Below are positions 14,667-44,171 of a stretch of 64,000 nt of DNA, piece after piece; the stretch's first letter is position 1, and each line of letters opens with the position of its first letter. Origin of the DNA: Owenia fusiformis (taxonomy: Eukaryota); contig CAIIXF020000001.1 in the NCBI GenBank assembly GCA_903813345.2, positions 41,106,001 through 41,170,000 of the forward strand, read 5' to 3'. The notes beneath the pieces were generated by a model, which saw only the letters and a program-made list of their open reading frames with translations, ran no database searches and had not been told where the DNA came from. A program made the translations under genes and the position numbers.

Positions 14667-15055
14667 TAGTCAAAACAGTAATGTTTGTGAGTACTTTGAA
14701 TTTAAAGTAAGCAATCAAATGACCAAATTGAAACAATTTATGTAAAAATAGAAACATTTATATTTATCCTAACTTTTATATATTTTAGTTTGTTTTCTAG
14801 TTTAGCTATCATATCAGTGTCCTCTTATATTTTGATACTTCTCTGCCATGTTATTTTCGGAAAAATTAACATGGCTGAAACTCCCTAAATTACAAAAGGC
14901 CACAGCTTTGCTGCACATTATACATTACTATCTGAAATATACAAAAGTTAGGATAAATATAAATGTTTCTATTTTTACATAAATTGTTTCAATTTGGTCA
15001 TTTGATTGCTTATTTTTTAAATTCAAAGTACTCACAAACATTACTGTTTTGACTA
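14667..15055. mobile_element. MITE with ~120-bp TIRs and TA flanks, upstream of uridine phosphorylase
   Basis: TA|TAGTCAAAACAGTAATG...CATTACTGTTTTGACTA|TA; arms ~14667-14788 and ~14932-15055 are near-perfect inverted repeats. Confidence 0.7.
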
Positions 15056-15711
15056 TATTCATCAAATTGCAAACATGTCCCAATAAATCAAGATTTAAAA
15101 ATATCTCAAGAATGCCCTTGAAGGTGAGGTTGCCCATCCTTGCTATGTTAGGGGTGGTCACTAATCGCCTAGTTGTGGTTGTAGTTTCATAAGGGGGAGG
15201 GGGTATGTTCCTATTGTATTTTACTTATGATACAACCCCTTTTGAAGCCAATCCTAGTGGAATATTGCAATATCTTTCATTGTTAACATATGTTTATTTC
15301 TAAGTTAATGACAAATTAATATTTTCAAATTACATTATATAGGGGATTTAACAAAAATATAGGAGGTTTTGACAACACCCCTACAATATAGTACTAGTTG
15401 CTATCTGCTATCTTAGGGCTCTTAGGGTTATATCAGCACACTGGACTACATCCAGTATTTATAAACAACCCAGCATAACAAGTTAGAGGTTAAAAATCAC
15501 AGGCTTCAGATATATATATCAACACGAATCAAGAAAGCCCAAGAAACTTGTGCCTTTTCCACTTACCAAATAGGAAGTGACTGGTCTCCTGTTTCATAAG
15601 TGTGTACTTGAAGACACAATAGTGTCATATTCACATAAAACAGTATCACCATCATACGAGGAAGTGTTGAACCTGGAACAAGGACTTTAATATATACAAA
15701 CATATCGCAGG

Positions 15712-32956
<17,245 letters not shown>

Positions 32957-35265
32957 TTCTCTTATAGCGAGAGAGGAATTTAAGTGAAGTTTGGATGTAA
33001 ACTTTTCAATGAATGGTACATCATTAAAATCATGTAATGACTCTGTAATGACAGAATCAGTGTTATGAATATTTATTAAAAAAGGGGAAAAGTAGTGTAC
33101 ATATATTTTATTGTATAAAAGTGGGCCAAATAAGTGGACCAAATCCATGAATGCATTTTAAGGTACCCATATGTTAGATCTTTCTCCATTTATAAAACCA
33201 TGTGCCCATGGGAGGGAGATAACATGTATAGTGGACCAAATAAACAGAAATCCAAATATTGAAATAGAATAAACTTTATGTTTAAATTCTTGATTTAGCT
33301 GATGTAAACAAACTCTGTGTAGGACTTAAAGTTCAAGGAAGCAGTAAAGACTAGAGACCAGTAAGCTTTAGTTCACGATAATTCAAAATAATATATTTAA
33401 CCCTATTTCCTCAGGACTTAAAGTAAAGTGGACCAAATTATTATTATCAGCATTAGATTTTAATTTTGAAGGACAAATCATTTAAAATAAGTTTTAAGTG
33501 ACTTTCTGTATTTGTACTTATTTGTATATTTTTGCTTATTTATAATGTTTTAATTATGCAATAGTATGTAGTCATCTCTGTTATTCAGGTGTTTTCCAAT
33601 ATTTATCATACACATAAGTATTTCTTATGATAAGGTATTCTTTAACACATAGTGCTCTATCTTGATATACATTCAATTTTATTTAGTAGAAAATGTCTCG
33701 TTCAAGGAGATTGAGCACTTTGTTATTGAAGAGTTGATTTAGAAAAGTTGGTTTGATGTTGTTAAATCTTATAGATAAATTCTGTCTAAGTTATAGTTTT
33801 TCTATTTGACATTTGAAGTGCACATACTCGAAATATGATGTTTATTTATATATTATAAGCATTAGAATTTGGACAATGTATTTAAAACTATGTACTTTGT
33901 ATCAAACAATGATTTAATTGATATGCCTATAAAGTATTATTTTGTACTTGATCCATGTATATAGTAGTCAATCTTAATCTAATGTCATCATATTCTGGTT
34001 TGCTCCTTTGTATCATTTTATCATATTTATTTTATTTTACAATACTTTTCTAATGAAACAAAGGATTTTAAGGTTCATTATTTTATCCCAAGCTTTCTCA
34101 CCATTTCTAGTCATCCATTCTACTCGACCATGCAGCAATGCAGCATGTATTTCATCCAGTGGATCTCATGGATCCCAAACAGGGAGAGGCTCATAGAAAG
34201 GAAACCCATGCTTGAACACACATTCAAAACACTTTCTCCAGCTCAAAGATATAAAAACCCATTTTACCATTTGAAGATTGTTGGCCTACTCTCACAGTAT
34301 GTAATATGTATGTACCTTTAACGTCATTGGGTAAACCAAATGACCGGTTGTATCAATCATCATACAATTCACAAAACGTACAGTCGTGTTACATATTTTA
34401 TATAAATTACTAAATTATATATATGTGTTATACTGTATATATACTCAACGAAAATGAGCCATGTAGTATAACGTTTTGCATTTATTAATCATGATAATAT
34501 GATCGTGAATTCGATTTATTTCTTCTAATTATTTAAAATGAATACAAGTGTGGCATGCTGTGGTGACTCATCATGTCCATTTAATGTAAAGTGCAGATTG
34601 TAGACTAATATAGTTTGCATTTAAACTGTATTACTAAAAGGTATATTATTACACCTTAGATTGGTCAAATATTTTCTAGATGTGAAAAGACCAGGTATGG
34701 CATGGCAAATAATGTACTTATGTACATTTATATGTAATAATGTACAGTTATACCTTTGACCATGATTATTATTTTCTGATAATCAATTAATTCATCATAG
34801 GGAAAACTCATGCTGTTTCAGCATGAGTTTTTGATCTGCGAATTTTGATATCCTCCAAATATGCTATCGACGCCATTGTACTTTTGAAGAAGTTCTAGGT
34901 TTTATAATCAATCGTTGCAATAAAATTGAGAAAAATAAAACTCTCTTTGCTTCCTGCATAAGGGTTGGTCTTATAGTTCTTAATTAAATGTTTAGGTTCA
35001 ATTAAGATACTCAAAATAGTTTCCATGGTTCTTGATACACTTTTCCTGGCGTTGAACCCATTGGCCATGAACCCATGGGCTCTACCACCTGATAGAGCCC
35101 ATGAACCCAAGTATCTAAATCAACCAGTAAAACGTTTCCTCATGGCATTTTCACAGTATTGTGCGGAGGTCTGTAAAGTTGCATATCTGAATCCTGAGTC
35201 CAAACACACCAAAACAACAACTCGTCTCATCTGTCGAATAGGGAGGATGGAAGAGTTGTTCCATA

Positions 35266-35574
35266 TGGTTTCTAGACAACTCATCCCAAGACAACTCATT
35301 CAAAGATATTCCATGGCCAAACACAGTCTGCTTAAATGCTAAAATCTCTAAATATGTTTCAAATATTCTTTCAAAAGTTGAAATTAATTGTATAAAATTA
35401 TGATATTTCAAGTTGGGAAGAGTTGTCTTGGGGATGAGTTGTCTTGGGATGAGATGTCTTGGGATGAGTTGTCTTGAGATGAGATTTCTTGGGATGAGTT
35501 GTCTTGGGATGAGATGTCTTGGGGATGAGTTGTCTTGGGATGAGTTGTCTTAGGGATGAGTTGTCCTGTTACCG
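35266..35574. mobile_element. Element with TIRs made of 15-16 bp tandem repeats (GACAACTCATCCCAA), Mutator/foldback-like
   Basis: Left end tggtttctagacaactcatcccaagacaactc; right end about 10 copies of ttgggatgagttgtc ending CCTGTTACCG. Confidence 0.55.
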
Positions 35575-35749
35575 TGAAGGTCATCAGTGATAGTGCTATT
35601 GACAAGAGCAGATGTATGGGACGGGACATTTTCGTCGTGGTGGTTCAGTAATGGTATGAAAATGCCAAATGTCACGAAGGAACGTTTTCCTGATGGATTC
35701 AGACGCCTGTTCCACCAATGAGTTCAGGAGAATTGTATCAAAAACCATG

Positions 35750-35952
35750 CAGGCCCATAGCCAAGGGGGGTTTGATGGGTTCGAGCGAACCCCCTCCCTA
35801 GCCAAAAAAAGTTTCAAAGCCATGCAGTTTTTCACCATTCTGAGCATTTTTAAGTGGGTTTGGCCATTTTTGGACCAAAATTGTAACAAGTGAACCCCCT
35901 GGAATTTTTCAAAAAGTGACTCCCCATTTGGCAAATCCTGGCTACTGGCCTG
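35750..35952. mobile_element. CAGGCCCGTAGCCAG-family MITE with 5-bp TSD
   Basis: CCATG|caggcccatagccaag...ctggctactggcctg|CCATG. Confidence 0.72.
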
Positions 35953-36314
35953 CCATGGACATATTTTTAGCATTTTATCCTCTACTTCTGCCATTTAAAT
36001 TATTTGCCCCACCTACCCAAAACACGAGTTACCATAGTAACCATATTTTTGGCCCAACAAGAGATAATAACTGCTTAATTCAGTTTACATATTCTGAGAA
36101 AATTTGAAATAATTAATCACAAAACTCTTGATTTAGGAAGATTTTTCTTAGAACTTATTGATCGACCTGGTACTTCGAGGAAAACCTATTATTCTGAAAT
36201 TGGTCAACGTCGTAACTGTTGTGAGAAAATGTTCATGGTCATATGACTGCCTAAAATCACTTGCCAAAAACACTTGCCATACTTAGTCCTTTTATTTGCA
36301 TTATTATACAACTA

Positions 36315-37578
36315 CAGAGTGGGCCAAAAAACAATACACAAGTTTAAAGATGAATATTATGTGATATGTGTTAAACCATATGCCATGTATTGTATTATGA
36401 ATCATTTTAAGATAACTCATTTCCTAACAATATGACACCATCGGATTGAAAAATCTTTCTTTTCGTGTGGAGTTATGGAGGCTAAAATTGACACCCCGTG
36501 TCCTGAGCAATTAAAAATCAAATATGGAAATTACCATTTCCCTCCGTATTTCAGGCATAGTTGCACTCAATTTGCTTGATTGAATCATCATAATTTTATT
36601 GAAGAGAAGTACACAATTGATAGCTGACTAAAAAGATATAAGTCTTATGGATGAATTTTGAACTAAACTTGTATAAATGTGCTTGTTTAGAAAGTGCCAA
36701 AATACAAAGGAGCACGTAGGTTATCGCAAACAATTTCAGTTGATTCTAACTTGAATATTGAAGATTTTCTGATCATGAACACGGGTATATCTTTTGGATA
36801 TAATGATGATTCAGTTAATCAGAGCTAAGTGATATTAAAGGGGCAATGGACCAATCAACATACTTTTTCAAAAATGTTAACCAAATTCTCACAAAAATGC
36901 AACCTTTTATCATATTTTTGAAAGCATACTTAGAATGTGTTTTAAGACTTGTTCTATCTCCTAAAAGGAAAAGTTAATTGCTCCAGGACCTTTAAGATAC
37001 TGAATTTGGATGACCGAAATGTGCCGAAACCAATGGATAGCATAAGATTTTTCAATGGAGAAATATCATCGGGAACACTAATCGTAGAGCAATTCAATTT
37101 TCTTTCAAGAACTATTTGACACCTCAAATTGAACAATAGTAATGCATTAAACATTGTAAAAATGATTGCATTTTTGTTGAAAATGAGGTCAACATCATTG
37201 AAAAAGTGTGTTGATGGTTTGATTGCTAATTAAATATCTCCAAGTCCGTTGGACTTTTTTATTATTGCATATAATTTTCTTTGAGATAGTGAATAGATTT
37301 AAAAGATATACCTGTATTCATTGTCTGAAAATAGTCATAATACAAGATATAACTGTCTGATATTGTTTGTGATAACCTACCTGAACATTCCCCTCCATTT
37401 TCCACTATTTGGAAATCCACAGTTAATAATCTTTTGGTCGCTCATGACACCCTGGTGTAAAAGTAAAGTTCGATCAGATGGTGTCATATTGTTAGGAAAT
37501 TATTTATCTTTCAAATGATATAAAATACATGACACGGTTAACATACATCACATGATACTCATATTTTGACCCACCCTG
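36315..37578. mobile_element. Non-autonomous Tc1/mariner-like element
   Basis: TA|CAGAGTGGGCCAAAA...TTTTGACCCACCCTG|TA with extended imperfect IR (tttcctaacaatatgacaccatc / gatggtgtcatattgttaggaaa). A possible TTAA-flanked nested element lies at ~36839-37230. Confidence 0.65.
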
Positions 37579-37755
37579 TATAGCTAGTAGCATGCTTATA
37601 TTTCCAACTTCTCCGATCGACTTCCAGAGCCTTTACGACTGGTAATTTATGTTTGGAAATATCGTATCTTTAAAATCTTTAAACTACCTTTTGTAAATAC
37701 AAAATACACAGTGCAGATTTTTCATGTACAGAATGTATGCAATAAAATCTACGTT

Positions 37756-40700
37756 TTAAAATCGCTGAACAACGTATCTGAATGTGTTATTGCTAGCTGG
37801 TGGTATTTCAACAGGTTCCTTTGATCCTGGTAGTACTACAAACATTATTAAATAGCCTGAAATAGTTACGATGATATACAACCAGAAAAACAGTCGGTCC
37901 ACAACAGATGCGACTATATGCCACTCTGAGATTAAGAGCTTCTTTTCCTCAAGTTTCATCATCCTTTTACATAGCCGTATGGGACCACATTTAGATCTCG
38001 TATCTTTCTTTTGGTTTCGTAGTTTACCATTAGAGACATTTTTGAGAACCCGCAATGCATTTATCTTTAGTTTGTTTATGTTAAACTTCTCTCTTATCGT
38101 TCTTTCTGCATTATATTTTGGTTCAGATTCTTCTATAGAGTTTCTTGCTAGCCATGCTTTGATATAACTATAACTCTCTTGGGACTGTCTTTGTTGATTG
38201 TCAGGATCTGGCTCATATTTTCCTTTATGAATATTTTCAAATGATTTTCTTTTTACCCAGACATCTTCATGTGGTATACAATGGCAGGTGACTATTGACT
38301 TATGACCAATAGTTGTTCGCTCCAAAGTTGTTGTATTCTCTTTAACATTGTGATCCAGATGTCTGGTAATAGCTTTATTGGAGCACTTAGCATCTTGGTG
38401 TCTCTTTGGAACATTGTCTGTTTTTGTTGATTCCAAATAATGCATATTAGTGTCATGTTTCAGTGGTTTCTTATTAGCACGTCCCCTACATGTATACTTA
38501 GACAAAACATCAGATTCCTGAAGAATGAAAAAAACATACATCTTATCAATTTTCTTGTGCAAATGGAAGTAATATGTATCCATTTGGTCAATTCATGACA
38601 AAATGCTTTGAACTATAGGTCTAACTGCACGTTTCCCTCTTTGAACGTTGCCCATGATGTCAGGTGATTCATGAACGTTGCCCATGATGTCAGGTGATTC
38701 AAAGAAAATTATTTTAGTCGGTGTAATTAAATGCCATGTATTACAAATGTGATGAATTTACTGTTGCTCTTTGTATGAGACCGTCTATCTTCTTTACTTA
38801 CCAATTGGACAAATCTAGCCAACAATTGTGCGTCACGAGGAATCCTGAGCGCAGTCGCCAACCATTGTATGAATAAAACTTTGAGCAACTTTGGGACAGG
38901 CTTGGCCAAGATAATGTTTCCTCTCCCATGTATGTTGCTCACAAGAACTGCCATTACAACTGACGCCGCCGTCATTGACATAACATTCACTAGATACAGG
39001 CCTAGGAAAACAAAAATATAAATGGGTGAGGAGGCACAAAGGATAATATAACAATTAGGCCTACTACAGTCTGTCTGTGATTATTTATGAAAATCTGTCA
39101 AGTTAAACCTTACCTAAATACGTAAGATGCACATTTTGATATACATGTTCGGAAAACTGACCATAATATTAATTCTAATGACCGGAAAGATTCACAGCTA
39201 TTTCTAAGGTGGAATGGGACAATGGACTGGAGAAATATTTAGTTACCTAATAAGGGCACGGACTCGGAAGATGCTGGTACCTGCTCAGCTATCAACAACA
39301 TAAACATGGAGAAAGCCAGGTAAATAGAAAGTCCCAGAGCGATCTTTTCACCCGATGTGACAGGAATCCAAAACATGAGCATGGTAAGGATAGACAGCAT
39401 TATACATGGCACTAGGATGTTAAAGACATAGTACACAGTCTTCCTTCTTATGTACAGCTTATAGGTCACTTCAGCAACAGGGGAATTGAGAGCCTCGCTG
39501 GAGTTCGAATTGATGGTCATAGTTATGTATCGCATAACCCACTCGCTATTGTCCACATACGTGGAGAGATCGGTGGCGTTGTTGGAAGGGAGGAACAACA
39601 CGCCATTTTGATTGTATGCCCACGAACCAATATGTAGGGAACATTCTTGGTCATCAAATGGGAAGTATGTTATGTCTACTTTACATAATGTCTTAAGTTT
39701 AACCGGAACTGTCCACATGACAATTCCTTTGTGGTTAACAATTAGGTAACTGTCTTTAATAAACGCCAAACTGTCTTTATTGTCTTTTGTATCTTCCGCA
39801 CTGAAAATAACGTTAATAACAAATATTATTAAACAATACATGTCAGTATATCCCTTGTACAAAGTGGGCCGAAAATAGGACGCTCGTATCTTTTTATTTA
39901 AAAGTATACATCACGGTATATGAACCAAGCAAATTACGTGAATATTTGTAACTGGTTTTTGTTAGTCATCTTTTTTCGTTCTCTCGCTCTCGAAAGAGTT
40001 TTAATTTTTTATAGATTGAGAACAGTATATTATTGTTGATAAGGGTACACTGTATATGCACTGGACTCCTTTCATAAGTTTCGTTGTTAATGCACACAAT
40101 CCGTTTCTAGTGAAATGTGGCATTAGAAACAAGAATTGTCATAACATCTACTTCTACAGTGACATATAAATAGTTGGTAAAATGAATAAATTTTGGTACA
40201 TTAAACCGTGTTCGTCTATATGATCTTCAATGTCTTTTAAGAATGATGCAAATGTCTATTTTTTATGACACAGCCTGTATAATATCTACAAGTGTTTACA
40301 ATAATGTGATATTATCAGTTATAGTTATGAAAGAATATAATTCCCCAATTATTATTTGTCAGCGCTATATTTATATTTCTTATATTTTTTTGTCAATTTC
40401 GTACACTTGCATTGAATTGCTTCCGTCCAATTTGATTGATATGAGAAAACACATTTTTGAAAACAAACTAGGCCTATTCTGTATACCTTCCTTATTTGAT
40501 TGGATATCTTACTTTGCAAATTATGGTTAAGAAAAATTTAACATACTTTAAGATTTCTTCTAAACTCTTGTATTCTTAATTGGTTCAAAATGTGTCTAAT
40601 TTAAGGATTTAAGCCCTGGAATCAGTGCAATTTAGAATGACCATACCTGTTGCTTTCCAAAATTTGCACGAGATGCACCGGCATCGAGTGTTAATTTTAG

Positions 40701-43626
40701 GAAACAACATTTCACACTGGATTGAGTATTGGGCTAAATTCTTTTCACACATTGCATTTATATTTTATGCAATATCACTAAAAAGATATTAAATGACCTA
40801 CACCCTAAAAATGAAATCTAAAATTCAGGACCATTTGGACGCCGTTTCGGCACCGAATTTGGAGTGAGATTCGTCGCCGAACGAGCAGATTTGTAGTCAA
40901 TTTGGATTGGCTGGAATTGCACACACCTTGCCTACCTATGTGTGATTAAATATGATACGGTGTCAAAGATATTATGGTCCCCTGGGGATTATGGTCCCCT
41001 TTCCTTACGGCCCTAACTGGCCCTGACTGTGTATAAATAATAAGGAAAATAATTGTAATTAGGTCACCATATAAATCAATCGAGAGTAAGACCAAAATTT
41101 GATAGGACCACCTCCCCTTATTTCTACATGCCTACCTTAGAACATAGTGAAACTGTTAACATTATATCTTACTTGTTAAATATAAAAGTATCTGGGCACC
41201 AAATTGCATCGCCGGATATTCTCAGGGATTCCACTCCGCCATAGTCATCCACCTCCCATGACAACTTTTTGTCAACCCAGATCTAAATCAGCCACATGTC
41301 GATTCATTATGATATCATTGCAATGCATTGAAAATTGTTATATCTGTGATGGAACGAGATACTATTTAGCGATAGTAAATAACTTTTCTTTATTGAAACA
41401 GACATGGAGTGAAATGAGCAGAATTACATCCTGGCCCATTTGTTTTTCTTCGCAATATTCTGAGCTGTTGATCACGTGATTTTATATATTTTATTTGTAA
41501 TGGTAGGTGCGTATCGTTACTATAGATCTAGGAGAATAAGTGTTCTGTTACGTTATATTTCGAATAACACTAAGACACGCCTTACCATCGCGTAAGCAGG
41601 CGTCACCGTACCGCGTCAAAAAATAGCGAAGTACAGTTTTCTGTACGGTAACGCAAATTAACTGCTTTGAAGCAAAAACTATGACAAGGGTTTAAAAAAA
41701 TTAATTTGATGAAAACTAATACGATTTCATGTGAAATAAAAACAGCATTCTCTTAGAAATGGTTTTAACTTTCTGATTATGATAAACGTTTTACGAGCAC
41801 TGTTCGGATTTTTCTGAGTGAATCGGCCCACATAATCGACCAGAGTGAAAAAAGGTTGTTTTTCACATTTTGTTTGGTTATTATTTTCCCTACCGTCTGA
41901 GAGTATGGATTATTTTTATGAGAATATGTATTTGTTACTTACACATTTCATTATGTATATTTAAAAAAGATCAAATATGTACGGTGACGCACCAGCTGTA
42001 CGGTGACGCTATGCTTTGATGAACTAAATGAGACTAAGATTGAATGAAATGGAAACTCTGGAGTATGATCATTTGTTCATATATAGTGCATGGGCGCTAC
42101 AGTTCAAGGATATCTTCCACAGCTTAATGGAAGGTTACTGGAAATGTATGATACGGTAAAGATCATGAAACCAAAAACTCTCTTGTTGCTATGTTATTGA
42201 TGTTTTAAAACAAGGGATGTCACAAGTAAATCTCATCTTGCACGTGTGACTTTTTAGGATGAAAGATGCAATATCTTGCATTGGGTAAAGATGGCTGTTT
42301 AGGCTATCTTTGTTAGTCATAGGAGAAAAGCCTGGTTTAGTTCACGATACCAAAGCATTACGTCAACTTTCAAATAGTTAATTCCATGAAAACTAAAAAT
42401 ATCGAAATTAATACTTCCTGTCTGCCATCTTAAATGCGAAGGTGACAGCTGTTACCTTCGCCTGATACTTACCAGTGATAATGTACATGTAGATCTGACG
42501 CTTCTTTACCTCTTGTTCGAACAGTAAGCTTAGAGCACTTCATAAAATCTAAGGAAGCGTCACCGTACAGCTGATGCGTCACCGTACAGTTCTGATCTTT
42601 TTTAAATAAATACACTGAATGATTATTTGCCGAATATTCATCTGTTCTAAAATGTGTAGATAACAAATACATATTCTCATAAAAATAATCCATACTCTCA
42701 GACGACAGGGAAAATAATAACCAAACGAAAAGTGAAAAAAACACAATTTTTCTCTCGAGTCGATTATGTGGGCCGATCCAGTCAGAAAAAATCCGAGCAG
42801 TGCTCGAAAAACTTTTATCATAATTAGAAAGTTAAAACCATTCCTAAGAGAATGCAGTTTTTATTACACCCGAAATCGTATTTATTTTCATCTAATTAAT
42901 CTTTTTAAAACCCTCATTATAGTTTTTGCTTCAACTCAGTTAATTTTCGTCAACGTACAGAAAACTGTACTACTGTATTTTTTGACGCTGTACGGTGACG
43001 CCTGCTTACGCGATGGTTAGGCGTGTAAGAGATATATTGGCTGACTTTGTCCAGTTTATTTCAATGTGGCGTAAGCCCCGATCATGACGTAATACAAAAT
43101 AATTATGGCTTGCCAGCCCAACAATACAATATGACAATTACATGACAATAAGTACATTACCTGCTCTAGAAAAGCACTGGTCGTCAATAATTGCTGTCTC
43201 TCATCCTATAGCAAAAGTGATCACAACTTGTTATACAGGGTGGTCACAAAAAGCAGCACTGTAATTTTATCGATTATTATGGAATCGTTGTGCACACGAC
43301 CTTTAAGAGTCAATTCAAAACTGCCAGAGGGCTGCATTTGTGTGTCAGCCGTCTTTGGAATTTCTGCTTCATTATTCGTATTTTAGGATATGGAAAATTG
43401 ACAAATAATATTTGTAAATTGCTTGGGCAGTTGTATTCGTTGAATATATGTTTATGTTTGAACTTAAGAGTATTTTTATGACCACTCACCAATTCAACTA
43501 TCCTGTTTAGCATAAGGGTGAATGTGACGGCCAATGTTTCATTCCAATAGGCCCCTGGTCTCACAGACGCCTCGTAAGTTCCCATCAAGTCCTGATGAAG
43601 TCTCTGTTCATCTGGGACAAAGTGTC
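37756..43626 (-). CDS. Nicotinic acetylcholine receptor-like Cys-loop ligand-gated cation channel subunit (non-alpha type); 5'-partial
   Basis: Minus-strand exons 43626-43490, 43205-43161, 41282-41173, 39800-39247, 39001-38802, 38517-37756, all phase-compatible, including the typical nAChR 45-nt and 110-nt exons. Motifs DEQRLHQDL, VRP, DERQQLLTT, WCPDTFIFNN, Cys-loop CKVDITYFPFDDQEC, GSWAY, IRRKTVYYVFNILVPC, SGEKIALG, M4 EWHIVASVVDRLFFW. Confidence 0.92.
38642..38701. repeat. Perfect 30-bp tandem duplication in nAChR intron
   Basis: tgaacgttgcccatgatgtcaggtgattca x2. Confidence 0.85.
41576..43025. mobile_element. Non-autonomous DNA transposon with CAC termini, 5-bp TSD and ~440-bp TIRs (Transib/RAG-like signature), in nAChR intron
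   Basis: TAAGA|CACGCCTTACCATCGCGTAAGCAGGCGTCACCGTAC...GTACGGTGACGCCTGCTTACGCGATGGTTAGGCGTG|TAAGA; arms ~41576-42015 and ~42555-43025; repeated 12-mer GCGTCACCGTAC. Confidence 0.78.
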
Positions 43627-43653
43627 CTAAAAATAAAGGTAAAACGTAAATAA

Positions 43654-44171
43654 AGGTCCATGTGCAGTATGACAAGTGATTTTAGACAGTCATATCTTTC
43701 ACCATGAATATTTTCTGGGTATACATACAGTGGTTTTTATTAAAGCAATTTGTTTTCTTTAAAGTGACGTCCCCATGATAGTAGAATATCAATCCCACTC
43801 TCTGAAAAATAATGGATAAGGACCCCACCTTGTCACATTTTTAAAAATGTAAGGCTTATTTTCTAAAAAAAAGGATCTTGTTTTTCTCAATTTAAATGTA
43901 TCAAAAGTTTCTTCTACACTATATTAATAACTTCTGAAAAGGGGATGGGTATTGAAATGCGATAAAGTTAAAAAACCATGTTATTTTCCCATTGGGAAAA
44001 CTCAAAAAAGAAGATCCTCTTTTGAGCAAATAAGTTCAACATTTTGAAAAAATTGTTGACGTGGGGTCCTTATTTATAATTTTTCGAATTGTTTGATTGA
44101 TATTTTTATCATCAAGGGTACTTCACTTGAAAGAAAACATATTGTTTAAATACTGCACACGGACCGGACCT
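43654..44171. mobile_element. AGGTCCATGTGCAGTA-family MITE-like repeat
   Basis: Left end aggtccatgtgcagta, right end tactgcacacggacc(ggacc)t; homologous to 10794-11140. Confidence 0.6.

Noticed and set aside
35408..35994. Minus-strand ORFs 35408-35629 and 35596-35994
   Set aside because: They overlap a 15-bp repeat array and a MITE; low complexity and no recognisable domain.
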